This document shows, one piece after another, positions 1 through 9,183 of a stretch of DNA of 61,446 bases (position 1 is its first letter; every line of letters begins with the position of its first letter). Source of the DNA: a virus (lineage: Duplodnaviria; Caudoviricetes). The translations under genes and the position numbers were made by a program. Under the pieces are notes generated by a model, which was given only the letters and a program-made list of their open reading frames with translations, searched no databases and was not told where the DNA came from. Location: positions 1 through 61,446 of IMG/VR virus record IMGVR_UViG_3300021347_000002. The stretch is one strand, 5' to 3'.

Positions 1-116
1 AAGTTGGCTCCGACTTGGGAGAGCTGATCCTCGACTTCAGCGATCATGCCGTCGAGCATCTTGATCTCTTCGAGAAGGAGATCACGGGTTTTTTGTTCTT
101 TCTCTTCGTCAGTCAT
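1..116 (-). CDS. 5' part of the small coiled-coil protein (complete copy at 59508-59699)
   Basis: Identical to the start of the 63-aa ORF MTDEEKEQKTRDLLLEEIK; truncated by the window edge. Confidence 0.7.
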   Translation of the reverse strand, partial: MTDEEKEQKTRDLLLEEIKMLDGMIAEVEDQLSQVGAN

Positions 117-118
117 AA

Positions 119-775
119 CTACGCTCCGAGAAAGTTTTTAACAAAGGCGGTAACATCTTCATCGGCTTCTTCCTTAGTCACGGTAAGTGACGGATTAAAC
201 CAAGTGTATTTACCCTTACTGAGTTCTTCAGAAACGAAGTTCCATACTTTGCTATGAATAGGGATTCCAGACTGAAGAGCGGCAAATGTCGCAAGACGCT
301 TGTAGGTTGAACGGTATGCATTCTTACCTACATTAATCTTACCCAACGCATAGTTGTGGTCCCCGATAGGTAACTGGAACGCATCATCATTATCACTACC
401 TTCAGGCTGGCGCATGAGGAGAGTGATCTCAGCGAACTCGGTCATCTCCCAATCCGACTCTGCTTCAATAGCATCGGCGTCAGATTTTGACCAAGCGATT
501 CTTGGCACATCCTCTTCATCGAAGGGGATGTTCTCCCGCCAGCCTTTGACGGCGGCGACAGTGATCGTCTTAACCGGAGTGTCCGGTGGGGCGATTTCGT
601 ATGTCTTATCGTAGAGAATCGATCCGACGGGAGCGTCAGACTGAGACATCTTTTGGCATACGTTAATACGTGGAATCTCGATGTCCTCTATGTCGATCTC
701 GATTCCGCTTACGTTGGTAGAGAGACCGGTGTTGGTCTCGGTAGCAACGACTTCTTGGTTTTTGGTGTTAGCCAT
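119..775 (-). CDS. Putative single-stranded DNA-binding / replication protein (allele A)
   Basis: Acidic 218-aa protein; start set at 775 to match the second copy. Lies between the DUF2800-like nuclease and DNA polymerase, the usual SSB position. Aromatic KGKYTWF motif. Confidence 0.55.
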   Translation of the reverse strand: MANTKNQEVVATETNTGLSTNVSGIEIDIEDIEIPRINVCQKMSQSDAPVGSILYDKTYEIAPPDTPVKTITVAAVKGWRENIPFDEEDVPRIAWSKSDADAIEAESDWEMTEFAEITLLMRQPEGSDNDDAFQLPIGDHNYALGKINVGKNAYRSTYKRLATFAALQSGIPIHSKVWNFVSEELSKGKYTWFNPSLTVTKEEADEDVTAFVKNFLGA

Positions 776-797
776 AATATCAATTATTTGGTTTGGT

Positions 798-1895
798 TTA
801 TTGAGTCGCGACACTGTGTCGCTCGTCGGATGTTTCTACGATCCCTGCATCTTCGCAAGCATCGAGGAAAGTTTGTTTGTCGTCAGCTGCCACTTTCTTG
901 GCAACCTTGGCGAGGGGGACGTTAACTTGTTCTATCAGCGTGTCCAGATCAATTCCGTATTTTTCTGCAATTTTTACAAAAGTCGCATTATCAGAAATCT
1001 TTCGGGTCCGCCCCATTGAGCGAAGTTTAAGCCCATCAAGCTGCTCGCCGTCTTTGAGGGCGTCGAGTGTTTTGCGTTTAATAGACGCTGACCAGTTCTC
1101 TACAATCTTCGCGATGTTGAATAGCTCAGAGAGTCTAGCTGGATTGTCTACGTCAGTTGGATCAATGTCCGGCAGCGTAGTATCTAGTTTCTTAGCTACG
1201 CTAATAACGAGTCCACCTAATGCAGGACAAGTATCTTCGTGCTTACAGAACCTACAGTATTGCGTTGGAGTGCATTCCTCTAGCTCAGGCGTGCCGGACT
1301 CCCACTTAGGTCGGGTCTTTTCGCCCGCTTTAATAACACGGCTAAGGTCTTCGACCAGAGTAGGGAGATCGCCTCGCGTAAACGTGTGATGAAGGGTCGC
1401 ATTGTGTTGCGGCACGTAGAACGCGAAGACGATCTCCTGAATGTCTGGATACTTCTGGAAGGCTCCGCATGTATATGCTTTGGCCTGCCAGTTCTTCTCT
1501 GGCGAATCAATGATACTGATTCCGGTTTTGTAGTCAGCCATGACGGCACGGTCACCGCCTTTAAGGATCAGGAATCGGTCGCAGGTTCCCCATGTCTCAG
1601 TGCCGTCTAGGGCAACCTCAACTTGTATCTCGTTTAGCTCCTCAGCGATCTCGCCGAAGTTAGCCATGAAGTCCTGCTCCATCTTAACGATCTGCTCGTA
1701 TATCTCATGCTCCTGCTCAGTATGGAGAGCAGAAGGATCAAAGACCTCAAGTGCCTCGTGGATTCTAGTCCCCATCTCAGCGGCGGCGGATGTGCCATCG
1801 CGTCCTTGATAAGCAGCACAAGCGGCTACATACTTTAGGCTCGACGGAGAAAACTCCGCGTGGCCTCTGCTTTGGTGGTCTGGTTGGTTATTCAT
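798..1895 (-). CDS. DUF2800-like PD-(D/E)XK (Cas4-like) exonuclease (allele A)
   Basis: HAEFSPSS..C N-terminus, GTRIHE, WGTCD, ADYKTG, and C-terminal Cys cluster CRFCKHEDTCP. Confidence 0.8.
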   Translation of the reverse strand: MNNQPDHQSRGHAEFSPSSLKYVAACAAYQGRDGTSAAAEMGTRIHEALEVFDPSALHTEQEHEIYEQIVKMEQDFMANFGEIAEELNEIQVEVALDGTETWGTCDRFLILKGGDRAVMADYKTGISIIDSPEKNWQAKAYTCGAFQKYPDIQEIVFAFYVPQHNATLHHTFTRGDLPTLVEDLSRVIKAGEKTRPKWESGTPELEECTPTQYCRFCKHEDTCPALGGLVISVAKKLDTTLPDIDPTDVDNPARLSELFNIAKIVENWSASIKRKTLDALKDGEQLDGLKLRSMGRTRKISDNATFVKIAEKYGIDLDTLIEQVNVPLAKVAKKVAADDKQTFLDACEDAGIVETSDERHSVATQ

Positions 1896-1899
1896 TATT

Positions 1900-2463
1900 T
1901 TAGAAACCGTATTCAGGGTGTAATTCTTTTAGTTGGTTTTGATCAAGTCCGTATCCTTTTCCGTAACCAAGATCGATAAGATTATCTTCCTTAATCAATT
2001 CTTCTTTAGAGGCCCACCCGACAAATCTTACACAACGATTTTTCACAGTAGCGAGGACATAGACATCGATATCAGGGTTTACTTTCCTAGTGGACAGAAG
2101 CATACCATCTAAATGATGGGTAGATTTTACGTCGTAGCGTTTACCATTAAGGAAGCCATCAGGACTACCACTTCTAGGTTTCAGACCTAAGTCTGGGAAT
2201 GTGTTGAACGCTTTAGCAAAAGCATACTCAGCCTTCATCCCCATCACGTCAGACGCTGCGCCATCTTGGCCCCCCATTTTCGCGTCTTTAACGCGAGAAC
2301 TTCTAGCGATCAGAGAGCGTAATCTCCCTACTGTTTCACATATTGTTATTTCGTCCGGTTCTAGGATCATTTTGATGATCCTACCTGCCCCTATATCTTC
2401 ACCCTCGCTTCTCCCTTTTACGTAATCGAGATATTCACTAAGTGGTTTATATTCAATCTCCAT
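1900..2463 (-). CDS. PD-(D/E)XK-like nuclease-fold hypothetical protein
   Basis: GMKAEYAF...PDGFLNGKRYDVKST motif; resembles ORF 54791-55309. Confidence 0.5.
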   Translation of the reverse strand: MEIEYKPLSEYLDYVKGRSEGEDIGAGRIIKMILEPDEITICETVGRLRSLIARSSRVKDAKMGGQDGAASDVMGMKAEYAFAKAFNTFPDLGLKPRSGSPDGFLNGKRYDVKSTHHLDGMLLSTRKVNPDIDVYVLATVKNRCVRFVGWASKEELIKEDNLIDLGYGKGYGLDQNQLKELHPEYGF

Positions 2464-2633
2464 TATACTTCAGTTTTAGTGGTTGATTCTTTTATATGCT
2501 TAACCTCACGCTGGAGGTAGTCGCGTTTCTTGAGTGTGCGCTCAACTTTGTGGTTTAGCATGTAGATCTCATCCTCAAGCAACTTGAGGCGTATCTTCTC
2601 TGCATCTGATAGGTATTTAGTGCTTTGGTTCAT
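2463..2633 (-). CDS. Small coiled-coil hypothetical protein (56 aa)
   Basis: Translated by hand (MNQSTKYLSDAEKIRLKLLEDEIYMLNHKVERTLKKRDYLQREV...). Fills the gap and its stop overlaps the next ATG. Confidence 0.6.
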   Translation of the reverse strand: MNQSTKYLSDAEKIRLKLLEDEIYMLNHKVERTLKKRDYLQREVKHIKESTTKTEV

Positions 2634-2639
2634 TTTGTT

Positions 2640-3932
2640 TTATTGATGGAGTGTTTCTAAATTTTCTGACTTCTGGTCTACAACCCTCATAACGTGTTCT
2701 TCAATTGAATCGCTGGCAACCAGAATCTTTTGGATAGCATCACTTTTTGCTCCGTTGCGGTGAATGCGCCCTAACGCTTGCAAGTGATCCTTGACGTTGA
2801 AGGTCGGTGAGATCAACGAGATCCGTTGGCGGTTACCGTTGATGTCATGCAATGAGATACCCGTTCCTCCTGCTGCGATGTTAACTACAATGACGTGTTC
2901 TTTATCTTCTTGGAAGTCGTCAATCACCTGCTGCCTTTCTGCGGTAGTCTGGCCTCCTAAAATAGCTGGGCATTCAAGTAGCTGCTGGAGTGTTGAAGCC
3001 GTCTCGGAAAAATTAACGAAGAGAACAACACTATGTCCTTGCTCAACGTAATCTTTAGCCATATCAGCCATGTCTTTAGCTTTGAGCGACTCCGCTAATT
3101 GACGTGCGCGTAACAGATTAACGAGAACCCAATCACTATCTTCGACGGTTCCATTCTCTAAAAGATTAGTCACGATCTCCGGTGTGATGTCCAGATCTTT
3201 ATAAGCCTTAGCAATCTTAGCAGCAGACCCAAAGGCAACAGGCTCGATGAACACTCGGTTATCTTTAAAAGAATCTGGAAAGTCGTCCACCGTAAGACGT
3301 TTAACATTCTTCCCATACATGACCTTATTAAGATCATTGAGTTTTGTTTTACGGCGCAACTCCCACGCGTTCCATTGATTTTGAGTGCAACCGAATTTCA
3401 TCATCCAGCTAAACCAGCTTTTAAGTCCCCCTTCAGGTTTGTTTAAGCTATGTAAGCCCAATGCGTAACCTATCGGGCGCATCTCAGTAGGGTCTTCGGC
3501 AGCGGTCGCACTCATGGCGTGAACAGAGTAGCCTTGAGTGACGAGAGAAATAAGTAGCTGCGCGTTCTGAGTATATGGCCCCTTACATTTGTGGACCTCG
3601 TCGATTAGCATTAGTGTATCTTCAGGCAGATACCAAGACATAATCTTCTTGCCGCGCTTAGACATCCATTCTGTCTTTCCGGTCCTGATCTTCTCGTAGT
3701 TAAGAACGAACAGTGGCTCCATACCACACTCAGCGAGTTCGCGTTCCCAAGATGGGATCACTGCCTTCGGGCAGATGACTGCGACTGGCTTCTTGAGAAT
3801 TTTGGCGAGGTGGCAAGCTACGATAGTCTTGCCAGTTCCGACATGACTAGTGTCGAGTGAATTAAGTCCTAGTTTATGCTTTGCTAAAAAAAAGTCGAAA
3901 GCTTCTTGCTGCTTGGGATATAGTTTCTTCAT
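2640..3932 (-). CDS. Superfamily 2 DNA helicase
   Basis: Walker A HVGTGKT, DEVH box, MSAT motif III, QALGRIHR motif VI. Confidence 0.9.
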   Translation of the reverse strand: MKKLYPKQQEAFDFFLAKHKLGLNSLDTSHVGTGKTIVACHLAKILKKPVAVICPKAVIPSWERELAECGMEPLFVLNYEKIRTGKTEWMSKRGKKIMSWYLPEDTLMLIDEVHKCKGPYTQNAQLLISLVTQGYSVHAMSATAAEDPTEMRPIGYALGLHSLNKPEGGLKSWFSWMMKFGCTQNQWNAWELRRKTKLNDLNKVMYGKNVKRLTVDDFPDSFKDNRVFIEPVAFGSAAKIAKAYKDLDITPEIVTNLLENGTVEDSDWVLVNLLRARQLAESLKAKDMADMAKDYVEQGHSVVLFVNFSETASTLQQLLECPAILGGQTTAERQQVIDDFQEDKEHVIVVNIAAGGTGISLHDINGNRQRISLISPTFNVKDHLQALGRIHRNGAKSDAIQKILVASDSIEEHVMRVVDQKSENLETLHQ

Positions 3933-3985
3933 ATTGTCTATGGACAGACAAATAATTGAAGCGACTGGCTATGTCCAGAAAAAGT

Positions 3986-4474
3986 TCAACTTTTTCTACT
4001 ACCCCAAATATATCGGGCAATAAGGTAGGCGTCGATCATGCCGTCGTGCGGAGTCCGGCACCGTTTATTAGCTAGCCAGTTCTCTGATGGCTCTAACTCA
4101 TTTGCTAGCTTCAAGGCAACTTCTTTAGTCCTACCTTTAGGGACTCTACCTAACATAACTTTCTGCCACTTGTGAACAGACACGCGCATTATGTTTTCGT
4201 AGTCGTGGGACTCAGCCATCCCAACTAACTTACCAAACGAGATCGCCATTGATCGAACCGCTTGGCTGCTCTTAGCGTGTGCGAGCGGTTCTTCTACCGC
4301 AAAAATAAAAGGTGTGTTTAAGTCCATTATCCATTGGTGGACTTTACGGATATCAATCTCTTTCTTCTTTGAGCGTTGAAGAGTCGGCATACGAATCTTG
4401 TCGATGATGCCACCATCAAATTTAGATATAGCGCAAAGTCCGCCATCCAGTCCGTTGTCTATTCCGACGATCAT
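3986..4474 (-). CDS. RuvC-like Holliday junction resolvase
   Basis: IVGIDNGLDGGL N-terminus, VEE, KWQK, DGMIDAYLIA. Confidence 0.8.
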   Translation of the reverse strand: MIVGIDNGLDGGLCAISKFDGGIIDKIRMPTLQRSKKKEIDIRKVHQWIMDLNTPFIFAVEEPLAHAKSSQAVRSMAISFGKLVGMAESHDYENIMRVSVHKWQKVMLGRVPKGRTKEVALKLANELEPSENWLANKRCRTPHDGMIDAYLIARYIWGSRKS

Positions 4475-4857
4475 TAAGCTTTCTCAGGACAATACAGATT
4501 GTCACACTCACCACCAGAAACAGGATTGCTACAGGTACCACACTCACGCTCCTCGCTGAGTAACGCTTTCGCGAGAATAGAGTAATTCACGAGATCCTCA
4601 CAGGCATCATCAACTGACTCGCCAGCTACTTTTAACTCACCATCATTCACGAACGACTTAATCCGCATCAATTTATCCTGCATCCTCAACAGCAATCCTG
4701 TAACCGGATGGAGTCCCAACGACTTCGCTGATTTGAAGTTCGCAAGAGCATCGATTGTCTCAGCACCACCGCAGTAGTCGCTGTTCTTTGCCCGCATGAT
4801 GTCGAGCGTTTTCTTACACGTCTCTTCGTGTAAACGGAATAGGGTTTCGGGTTTCAT
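4474..4857 (-). CDS. DUF1599-like nucleotide-modification-associated protein
   Basis: KNSDY...ANF...RMQDKLMRI...ESVDDACEDLVNY pattern; C-terminal CxxC...C..C. Confidence 0.7.
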   Translation of the reverse strand: MKPETLFRLHEETCKKTLDIMRAKNSDYCGGAETIDALANFKSAKSLGLHPVTGLLLRMQDKLMRIKSFVNDGELKVAGESVDDACEDLVNYSILAKALLSEERECGTCSNPVSGGECDNLYCPEKA

Positions 4858-5087
4858 TATTTTGCTGGGATTGAATCTCCTCTAACTAGAAGGCCGTCAC
4901 CTTCGGCAGGCACAAGAATCCTGATTCCTTTGGGAAGCGATTGCAAGTAGAATACTTCGCGAGCCGTTGTCGGCTTCACGCGATACCAAAGACCGTCAGC
5001 GGTATCTACTGGAAATCTAAAGTCGGAGCCGTCATCAATCCTTGTGATGAACTTTGGGCTTACTTCTGGTTCGCGGTCTTGGAACAT
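4857..5087 (-). CDS. Hypothetical protein
   Basis: ORF in the operon; ATG at 5087 avoids overlap with the upstream gene. Confidence 0.55.
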   Translation of the reverse strand: MFQDREPEVSPKFITRIDDGSDFRFPVDTADGLWYRVKPTTAREVFYLQSLPKGIRILVPAEGDGLLVRGDSIPAK

Positions 5088-5097
5088 TGCAACACTA

Positions 5098-5733
5098 TTA
5101 AATCTCGTTTCCGGTCTCCGCGTCAATCGTTTTTTTCTGTCTGATTGCTCCTCCGCCTTTATCTGCTTTGGAGTTATTCAAGATAGAAATATCGATCTGC
5201 ATCTTACTACTACCGCCGCCAGTTTTTGCGTTGAGTCCTAAGTTACGCCTGATGAGTTGGTCAAGTTCTGACATCTCGCGAATCGTTCGCGGCGCGCGGA
5301 TTCCCTTCATAGAATCTCGGAGCAATTTAATTCCAGCAGCCGCGATGTAGTGCTGGTATTTATCAGCAGGTGTATTCTGCGCTTCTGCTATCTCTGCTAA
5401 AGTCACATCTTCTTCCTTAGACGCACGGAACCTTTCTTCCACAATAGCTGAACTAACAGTCTCGTTGAAGTGTTCTTCGATATCTTCTTTGAGCTGGTCT
5501 TTGTCGGCGTCCGCATGTTCATCTTTGACTTTTGTATTGTGGATTAAGTTGTTTAGAACTTTACCGTCCGCTACGCTCCCATTCATCTTCGGGTCCACAC
5601 CGTGCTTTTTTAACCACTTACGTATTGTGTTGCGATGGACTCCTATGTGTTGACCAATCGCGCTATTACTGTAACCTTCTTTGTTAAGGCGTAAGGCTTC
5701 AGCCTCGCACTCTCTAATAGGTTTCTCAGACAT
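5098..5733 (-). CDS. HTH DNA-binding protein, possible terminase small subunit
   Basis: N-terminal HTH YSNSAIGQHIGVHRNTIRKWLKK, helical C-terminus; adjacent to TerL but divergent. Confidence 0.6.
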   Translation of the reverse strand: MSEKPIRECEAEALRLNKEGYSNSAIGQHIGVHRNTIRKWLKKHGVDPKMNGSVADGKVLNNLIHNTKVKDEHADADKDQLKEDIEEHFNETVSSAIVEERFRASKEEDVTLAEIAEAQNTPADKYQHYIAAAGIKLLRDSMKGIRAPRTIREMSELDQLIRRNLGLNAKTGGGSSKMQIDISILNNSKADKGGGAIRQKKTIDAETGNEI

Positions 5734-5743
5734 CCATTAAATT

Positions 5744-7531
5744 ATGCCTTCCGAAGCAGACAAACGCAAGCGCGTTCTAGAGCCGCGTATCGACCCACAG
5801 TCTAAGCAGATGGACGTAGGCGGACTCATGATTCAGCCTACCAGTCTCCTCACTGCTCTACTGTATGGTTTCGCTCACCACCCTAATAATAAAGCTAAGG
5901 AGTTCTACTTCTGGAGAATCTGCGACGAACTCTGGAATCGCGAAGAGCTACCGGAGCCGATGATGGTTCGCCATCCTTGGGCTGAAAAGATGATTCGGGC
6001 TGCACTTAAAGACAAGTATCTAGCGATTGGCGGTTCAGCTTCATCCGGTAAATCACACACGATGGCCGCATGGGGTATCGTCCAATGGCTCTGCCAGCCA
6101 CGAGACACACTCGTCCTGATGACCTCCACCACCTTACGGGAAGCACGAAAAAGGATATGGGGTTCAGTAATGTCTTTATTGTCCGTGATCGATGGTGCGC
6201 CGATCAAGATACGGGATTCAATCGGTAACGCTGCTTATGTTGATGAGAACGGCACGCTTATCGAAAGAGCAGGTCTTTCTCTGATTGCAGCGGAGAAATC
6301 CAAAACACGCGAGGCAATCGGCAAATTCATCGGAATCAAGCAGAAGCGGGTAATTATGATCGGTGATGAACTTTCAGAACTTTCTGAAAGTATCTTGCAG
6401 GCTGGTCTGACTAACCTTTCTAAGAACCCGTTCTTCCAGATGATCGGCATGTCCAACCCGAATAGCCGATTCGACGCTTTCGGTGTTTGGTCAGAGCCAA
6501 AGAAAGGCTGGGAAGCCATTGATACGCAAACCGCTGACGAGTGGAAAACGAAGTGGGGCGGTAAGTATATCAGGCTCGACGGTGAGCGGAGTCCGAACAT
6601 TGTGTTAGGTGAGGTTAAGTATCCTTGGCTACCTACCGCCGAAAAGCTGGAGGAGGATCGATTGCTGTTAGGGCCAGAGTCTAGAGGCTATATGCGAATG
6701 GTCCGAGCCATCTTCTTTGATAGTGACGAGACAACCGGAATCTACTCCGAAGCTGAGATGGCAAATAGTGGTTCGTTAGGTGACGTAGAGTGGGCTGATA
6801 AACCAACCACCGTTGCCGGAATCGATCCGGCTTTCACTAACGGCGGTGACAGAACCATTATGTATACAGCAGAAGTCGGATACGCTCGAAATGGCCAGTA
6901 TGTATGCAAGTTAGGAGAAGCACTCCACTTAAACGATGATGCCACAAATAAAGCTGTTCCCCGAACCTACCAGATTGTCCATCAAATCATCGATCACTGT
7001 AAACGTAGGAATATCTCTGCTGACAACGTAGCTCTCGACTCCACCGGAGCAGGTGCGCCCTTCTGCGACGTTCTGGCTGGCGAATGGGAGAGTTCGTTCA
7101 TGCGCGTTACCTTTGGCGGAAAGGCTTCCGACAAGAGAGTCAGCATGAACAGCCAGCTTACAGGCGAAGAACTCTACACGAATCGTGTGTCAGAACTCTG
7201 GTTCGTCGGCAAAGAGTTGATGAGGACACAGCAAATCTACGGAATCTCGTCAGATCTTGCCCAAGAAATGTGCGCCAGAAACTACGATATGGTAAAGACT
7301 GGTTCCCTTAAAGTGAAGATCGAATCAAAATTAGAGTTCAAAGCTCGGTTCGGTCGTAGTCCTGACTTAGCTGATGCCGCATTTCTGGCTCTCGATTGCG
7401 CTCGCCAGCGTTTAGGACTCGTGGCTGTTGATCCACCGAAAGACGAAAAGGGTGCGGGGTTCAGGAAAGCGACTACGATTAAGAGTCTCAGTGGTGCGTT
7501 GAATAATCCTGATTCGTCACTACTCGCCTAA
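5744..7531 (+). CDS. terL: Terminase large subunit
   Basis: Walker A GSASSGKS, Walker B IMIGDE, SNP motif, nuclease motifs GIDPA and SPDLADA. Confidence 0.9.
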   Translation: MPSEADKRKRVLEPRIDPQSKQMDVGGLMIQPTSLLTALLYGFAHHPNNKAKEFYFWRICDELWNREELPEPMMVRHPWAEKMIRAALKDKYLAIGGSASSGKSHTMAAWGIVQWLCQPRDTLVLMTSTTLREARKRIWGSVMSLLSVIDGAPIKIRDSIGNAAYVDENGTLIERAGLSLIAAEKSKTREAIGKFIGIKQKRVIMIGDELSELSESILQAGLTNLSKNPFFQMIGMSNPNSRFDAFGVWSEPKKGWEAIDTQTADEWKTKWGGKYIRLDGERSPNIVLGEVKYPWLPTAEKLEEDRLLLGPESRGYMRMVRAIFFDSDETTGIYSEAEMANSGSLGDVEWADKPTTVAGIDPAFTNGGDRTIMYTAEVGYARNGQYVCKLGEALHLNDDATNKAVPRTYQIVHQIIDHCKRRNISADNVALDSTGAGAPFCDVLAGEWESSFMRVTFGGKASDKRVSMNSQLTGEELYTNRVSELWFVGKELMRTQQIYGISSDLAQEMCARNYDMVKTGSLKVKIESKLEFKARFGRSPDLADAAFLALDCARQRLGLVAVDPPKDEKGAGFRKATTIKSLSGALNNPDSSLLA

Positions 7532-7606
7532 AAAACTTTTTCTCCAGACCCTTAGTTCTATAATATATATATTATAGAACTAACGGTAAGACAGAAAAGT
7601 TTTTTA
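7529..7606 (+). repeat. ~77-bp palindromic element, copy 1
   Basis: Perfect 32-bp palindrome TTAGTTCTATAATATATATATTATAGAACTAA (7552-7583) with outer AAAAACTTTT/AAAAGTTTTT arms; begins at the terL TAA. Confidence 0.95.
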
Positions 7607-7631
7607 GGTGGGGGTCGCAGCAGACCCTCCG

Positions 7632-7660
7632 TTGACAGTTTTATTGAATTCTGGTAGTTT
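7632..7660 (+). promoter_or_regulatory. Sigma70-type promoter, probably leaderless
   Basis: TTGACA-17 bp-TAGTTT; in-frame GTG at 7668. Confidence 0.6.
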
Positions 7661-7667
7661 ATGTCGC

Positions 7668-7961
7668 GTGGCGACTAAACGATTCAAACGCTTGCCGTCT
7701 GGGCGAATCCAATATCACGGCGAGACTTACGCTGGTTTTAATAAGCCTAAGCGCGCCCCTAAAGGATCTAAGAAAAAATTTGTCGTTTTAGGTAAAGAAG
7801 GCGATAAAATAAAGAAAGTCGGTTTTGGCCACCGCGACTACAGTGATTTCACAAAACATAAGAACCCTAAGCGTAGAGCTAATTTCCGCGCTAGGCACAA
7901 CTGCAAAACTGCAAAAGATAAAACAACGGCTAGATACTGGGCCTGCAAGAAACTTTGGTAA
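7668..7961 (+). CDS. Small basic protein, DUF5754-like
   Basis: KKFVV...VGFGHRDYSDFTKHKNPKRRANFRARH...YWACKKLW pattern, recalled from phage and giant-virus basic proteins. Confidence 0.6.
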   Translation: MATKRFKRLPSGRIQYHGETYAGFNKPKRAPKGSKKKFVVLGKEGDKIKKVGFGHRDYSDFTKHKNPKRRANFRARHNCKTAKDKTTARYWACKKLW

Positions 7962-7963
7962 CC

Positions 7964-9166
7964 ATGACTGAGAGACAGAAAAAAGAGGCTGCTAAACGCC
8001 TAGCTCAAGGAAAGCCCCAAGGATTAGGGCAGACCGGAGGATTGCAAAATTCGGAAGAGGAGAATAAACGCCGAGAAAACTTTGGTAAAACCGGAGGATT
8101 GCAAAATACGGAGGCAGAGAAGAAGCGTAGAGAAGATTTCGGTAAAACCGGAGGATTACAAAATTCGGAGGAAGAGAAGAAACGCAAAGAAGACTTTGGT
8201 AAAACCGGAGGATTAGGTGATTCTGGCGGCTTAGGTGAAGCAGGCCCCATTGGGGCTACTGGTGCTGTGGGTAAACCTGCTGAAGAACCTGCAATGGACG
8301 CTTACGACAAAGGTTTCCAAGCTTTAGATCAGGCAGACGTAGAAAAAGTAGGGGACTACGAAAGAGACCTACAAGAACTCGGACAGCTACGTAAGCAAAC
8401 GATAGCTGATACTTCAATGCCACAAGAAGAGAAGAGTAAACTTTTTGGTGATATTGCACAACAACCCGCAATGCAGAAGAAGCAGGCACGGGTAGGTTTG
8501 ATGGAAGAAGCCAAAAAGCTATCGAAAGGTGGTATGCTAGATGAAGCCGCCCAAGAGAAGCTCTTTGAAAAAGGTAAGTTCGGCAAAGCTAACCTTACTG
8601 AAGGTGAGATGAAGAAAGCTTTCTCAAGAGAAGATTTGATTAAAGACAGAGCGACTGAGAAAGAACTAGGTTATCTTCAGGAGTTTGAAGGAAAACTAGG
8701 TGGTGGCTTAGGTGCTTATGGTCAGAAAGTTAGACTCGGTCAGCAAGATCGAGCAGCTGGAAAACCTTTCGTAGCACGAAATCGTTTGACTGGAGGTGCT
8801 GGTGAAAGCAAATCAATCACTAGACCCGAAACCCTTATGATTAATAAAGCTGCCAAAATGATGAGGCTAGCTAAGAGAAAGGGGCTTGACCCTTCTGCTC
8901 TTGTTACCCCACTGTTAGCAAAAGCGGGTCAGATGGGTATGTATCGCCCTTCGATTACTTCTCAATCAGACAGAAAACGAGACGTTCTACAGTCTATGGC
9001 TTCCGCAGAACGTGCTGAAAAGGCTCGGTCGTTCTTAGGTGATATTATGGAATCTAAAAGAGCCACGGCGTCTGCTGAAGCGGGGGTAGCCAAGAAAAAA
9101 AATTCATTATTGGAAGAGCTTATACGCGAGAGGGAAGCTGGCGGGTATAAATACGGGAACGCTTAA
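7964..9166 (+). CDS. Putative internal virion (ejection) protein with 19-aa repeats
   Basis: Gly/Lys/Glu-rich, helical; first of three co-oriented genes ending in the giant ORF. Confidence 0.5.
   Translation: MTERQKKEAAKRLAQGKPQGLGQTGGLQNSEEENKRRENFGKTGGLQNTEAEKKRREDFGKTGGLQNSEEEKKRKEDFGKTGGLGDSGGLGEAGPIGATGAVGKPAEEPAMDAYDKGFQALDQADVEKVGDYERDLQELGQLRKQTIADTSMPQEEKSKLFGDIAQQPAMQKKQARVGLMEEAKKLSKGGMLDEAAQEKLFEKGKFGKANLTEGEMKKAFSREDLIKDRATEKELGYLQEFEGKLGGGLGAYGQKVRLGQQDRAAGKPFVARNRLTGGAGESKSITRPETLMINKAAKMMRLAKRKGLDPSALVTPLLAKAGQMGMYRPSITSQSDRKRDVLQSMASAERAEKARSFLGDIMESKRATASAEAGVAKKKNSLLEELIREREAGGYKYGNA
8033..8215 (+). repeat. 57-bp coding tandem repeat (GKTGGLQNSEEEKKRREDF, ~3.3 copies)
   Basis: ACCGGAGGATT recurs at 8033, 8090, 8147 and 8204. 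Confidence 0.9.
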
Positions 9167-9183
9167 CCTAAATACTTTAGACA

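Larger units (their letters stand above)
1..1861. repeat. Terminal duplication, copy A (diverged allele of 59584-61446)
   Basis: Positions 1-127 are identical to 59584-59710. The two copies then stay colinear with many mostly synonymous substitutions up to the window end. Confidence 0.95.

Noticed and set aside
798-1895. Cas4 as part of a CRISPR system
   Set aside because: Sits in a nuclease-SSB-PolA replication module typical of phages; no array or other cas genes.
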